A stretch of 64,000 bases of DNA from an uncultured delta proteobacterium (GTDB lineage Bacteria > Desulfobacterota > Binatia > HRBIN30 > BPIQ01): NCBI GenBank assembly GCA_963761335.1, contig CAVXGR010000012.1, forward strand, positions 704,001 to 768,000, in the 5' to 3' direction. Below are positions 62,607 to 64,000 of the stretch, in pieces. Position numbers and translations under genes: made by a program. How positions within the stretch are numbered: position 1 is the first letter of the stretch; each line of letters begins with the position of its first letter. The notes under the pieces are model-generated. The model had not been told where the DNA came from. It worked only from the letters and a program-made list of their open reading frames with translations, and made no database searches.

Positions 62607-63477
62607 TCTTCTCGCCAACCATGGCGATCAGGTAGCCGAAGTACCCGGGCCAGCGATAGCGGGTCTCGAGAAAATCGAACGGCCACAGGAGCAGCGGCGT
62701 CAGGCGGTACAGCGGAATGCCGCGGCGGAAGCAGAAGAGCTCCGCCATGCGCAGGAGGCCGGGAATGCTGAGAACGCCGCTGCGTGCCCGCACGCGCAGG
62801 CCGCCGGCCTCGAGCACTCGACGCAGCTCGCCGGCGCTGAACGACTTTTCCGGGCTGTAGGGGTACTTGTCGAATCGGTCCAGCACCTTCACCAACAATG
62901 GCCGCAGGAAGATGTTCCACCTGTGCGGCACGCCGATGATGGCCTTGCCCCCCGGGCGCAGCACGCGCGCAATCTCGGCGACGGCGTCGGGGTACTCGTC
63001 GATGTGCTCGATGGTCCCCATGGTGTACAGAAAATCGAATGAGTCACTGGCGAAGGGCAGATACCGAATGTCCGCCTGCGCCAGGCATACGGGACCCGTG
63101 GCTTCCTCAACCGACCGGCGTTTCGCCGTCGAGGTGATCACCGCGCTCACGTCGATGCCGAAGGTCTCCGCCCCCTGCGAGCGCATCCAGGAGAGGATGC
63201 GGGTGTTGAACGCCTCGTTCCACAGGTCCAGCTTGAGCACCCGCTTGCCGCGCAGCGAGCCGATGTGGCGCTGGATCAAGGCGATCTCGCAGCGACGGTA
63301 GTACTGCGTCGAGGGCGCCGGATAGAGGTCGACCATTCCCCCGGCGAGGCGCTCCCAGTGGGTGCGCTGCCGCTGCCGGGTCTCGGCGGCAGAGTCGACG
63401 GCCGTCGGCAACATCCCGCCGTCGACCGTCCCCACGCCAGTATCCACCACCTCTTCCACCCCGGCACGCGCAAACAT
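62560..63477 (-). CDS. Class I SAM-dependent methyltransferase with atypical motif I
   Basis: RBS AGGAG; VLKLDLWNE, ADIRYLPFASDSFD, GTIEH, ARVLRPGG. Confidence 0.85.
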   Translation of the reverse strand: MFARAGVEEVVDTGVGTVDGGMLPTAVDSAAETRQRQRTHWERLAGGMVDLYPAPSTQYYRRCEIALIQRHIGSLRGKRVLKLDLWNEAFNTRILSWMRSQGAETFGIDVSAVITSTAKRRSVEEATGPVCLAQADIRYLPFASDSFDFLYTMGTIEHIDEYPDAVAEIARVLRPGGKAIIGVPHRWNIFLRPLLVKVLDRFDKYPYSPEKSFSAGELRRVLEAGGLRVRARSGVLSIPGLLRMAELFCFRRGIPLYRLTPLLLWPFDFLETRYRWPGYFGYLIAMVGEKITSAPSVPRESSPTR

Positions 63478-63530
63478 CGCCTGCTCCTACGGCAGGCGGG
63501 GCTACTGGTCAAGCAGAATGAGCCGACGGC

Positions 63531-64000
63531 TCAGCCGCCGTAGAAGGTTTTCTCGCCCAGGTCCTTGAGCCACAGCGTCGCATCGTCCGGCCGCCCGGAC
63601 GGCTGCTTGCTGATGCCGGCCTCGACCACCTCGCCGACGAACACCGAATGATCCCCCTTCTCGACGGTGTCCACCAGATTGCACTCGACGAACGCCGGAA
63701 CGTTCGCGAAGATCGGCGCGCCGGTCTTGCCGCTGCGAAAGGGCTCGCCGCTCAGCGTGTCGCCTTGACGCTCGGCGGGCTTGAAGAACGCGAACGCCAT
63801 CTTGCCCTGCTCCTTGCCGAGGACGTTGAGGGCAAAGGCACCGGCCTCCTTGATGACTTCATGGGCCGACGAGTCCGTCTTCACACCGACCACGACCAGC
63901 GGCGGGTTGAACGATGCCTGGGTGACCCAGTTCACCGTGGCCGCGGCGAAGCGGTCGTCCTTCGTCCTGCCGGTGAGCACATAAAGGCCGTAGGGGATCA
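63531..64000 (-). CDS. Flavin reductase-like protein (5' end beyond the window)
   Basis: IPYGLYVL, WVTQASFNPPLV, GDHSVFVGEV. Confidence 0.9.
   Translation of the reverse strand, partial: IPYGLYVLTGRTKDDRFAAATVNWVTQASFNPPLVVVGVKTDSSAHEVIKEAGAFALNVLGKEQGKMAFAFFKPAERQGDTLSGEPFRSGKTGAPIFANVPAFVECNLVDTVEKGDHSVFVGEVVEAGISKQPSGRPDDATLWLKDLGEKTFYGG

Overview
High-GC bacterial chromosome segment of about 50 CDS and 4 tRNAs (Met-CAT, Cys-GCA, Arg-ACG, Ser-GCT). The Pro/Thr-linker, dockerin-like, FG-GAP and Cys-rich surface proteins suggest a Binatia/Myxococcota-like deltaproteobacterial lineage (inference only). Content is mostly transport, metabolism, signalling and many secreted or lipoproteins. The main observations are: (1) an orphan 129-aa His-Xaa-Ser repeat protein with 24 consecutive HxS triplets and no maturase genes in the window; (2) a set of non-autonomous elements in which IS-like terminal inverted repeats, three with exact 8-bp or 4-bp target-site duplications, enclose REP-type hairpin cargo; (3) a nine-heme lipoprotein cytochrome with a collagen-like stalk behind a candidate sigma54 promoter; (4) a compositionally distinct islet at the 3' end of tRNA-Arg carrying a five-PAS hybrid kinase and an internally deleted IS. 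No CRISPR array, rRNA, intact transposase, integrase or prophage was seen. All product calls come from motif recognition; no database searches were run.
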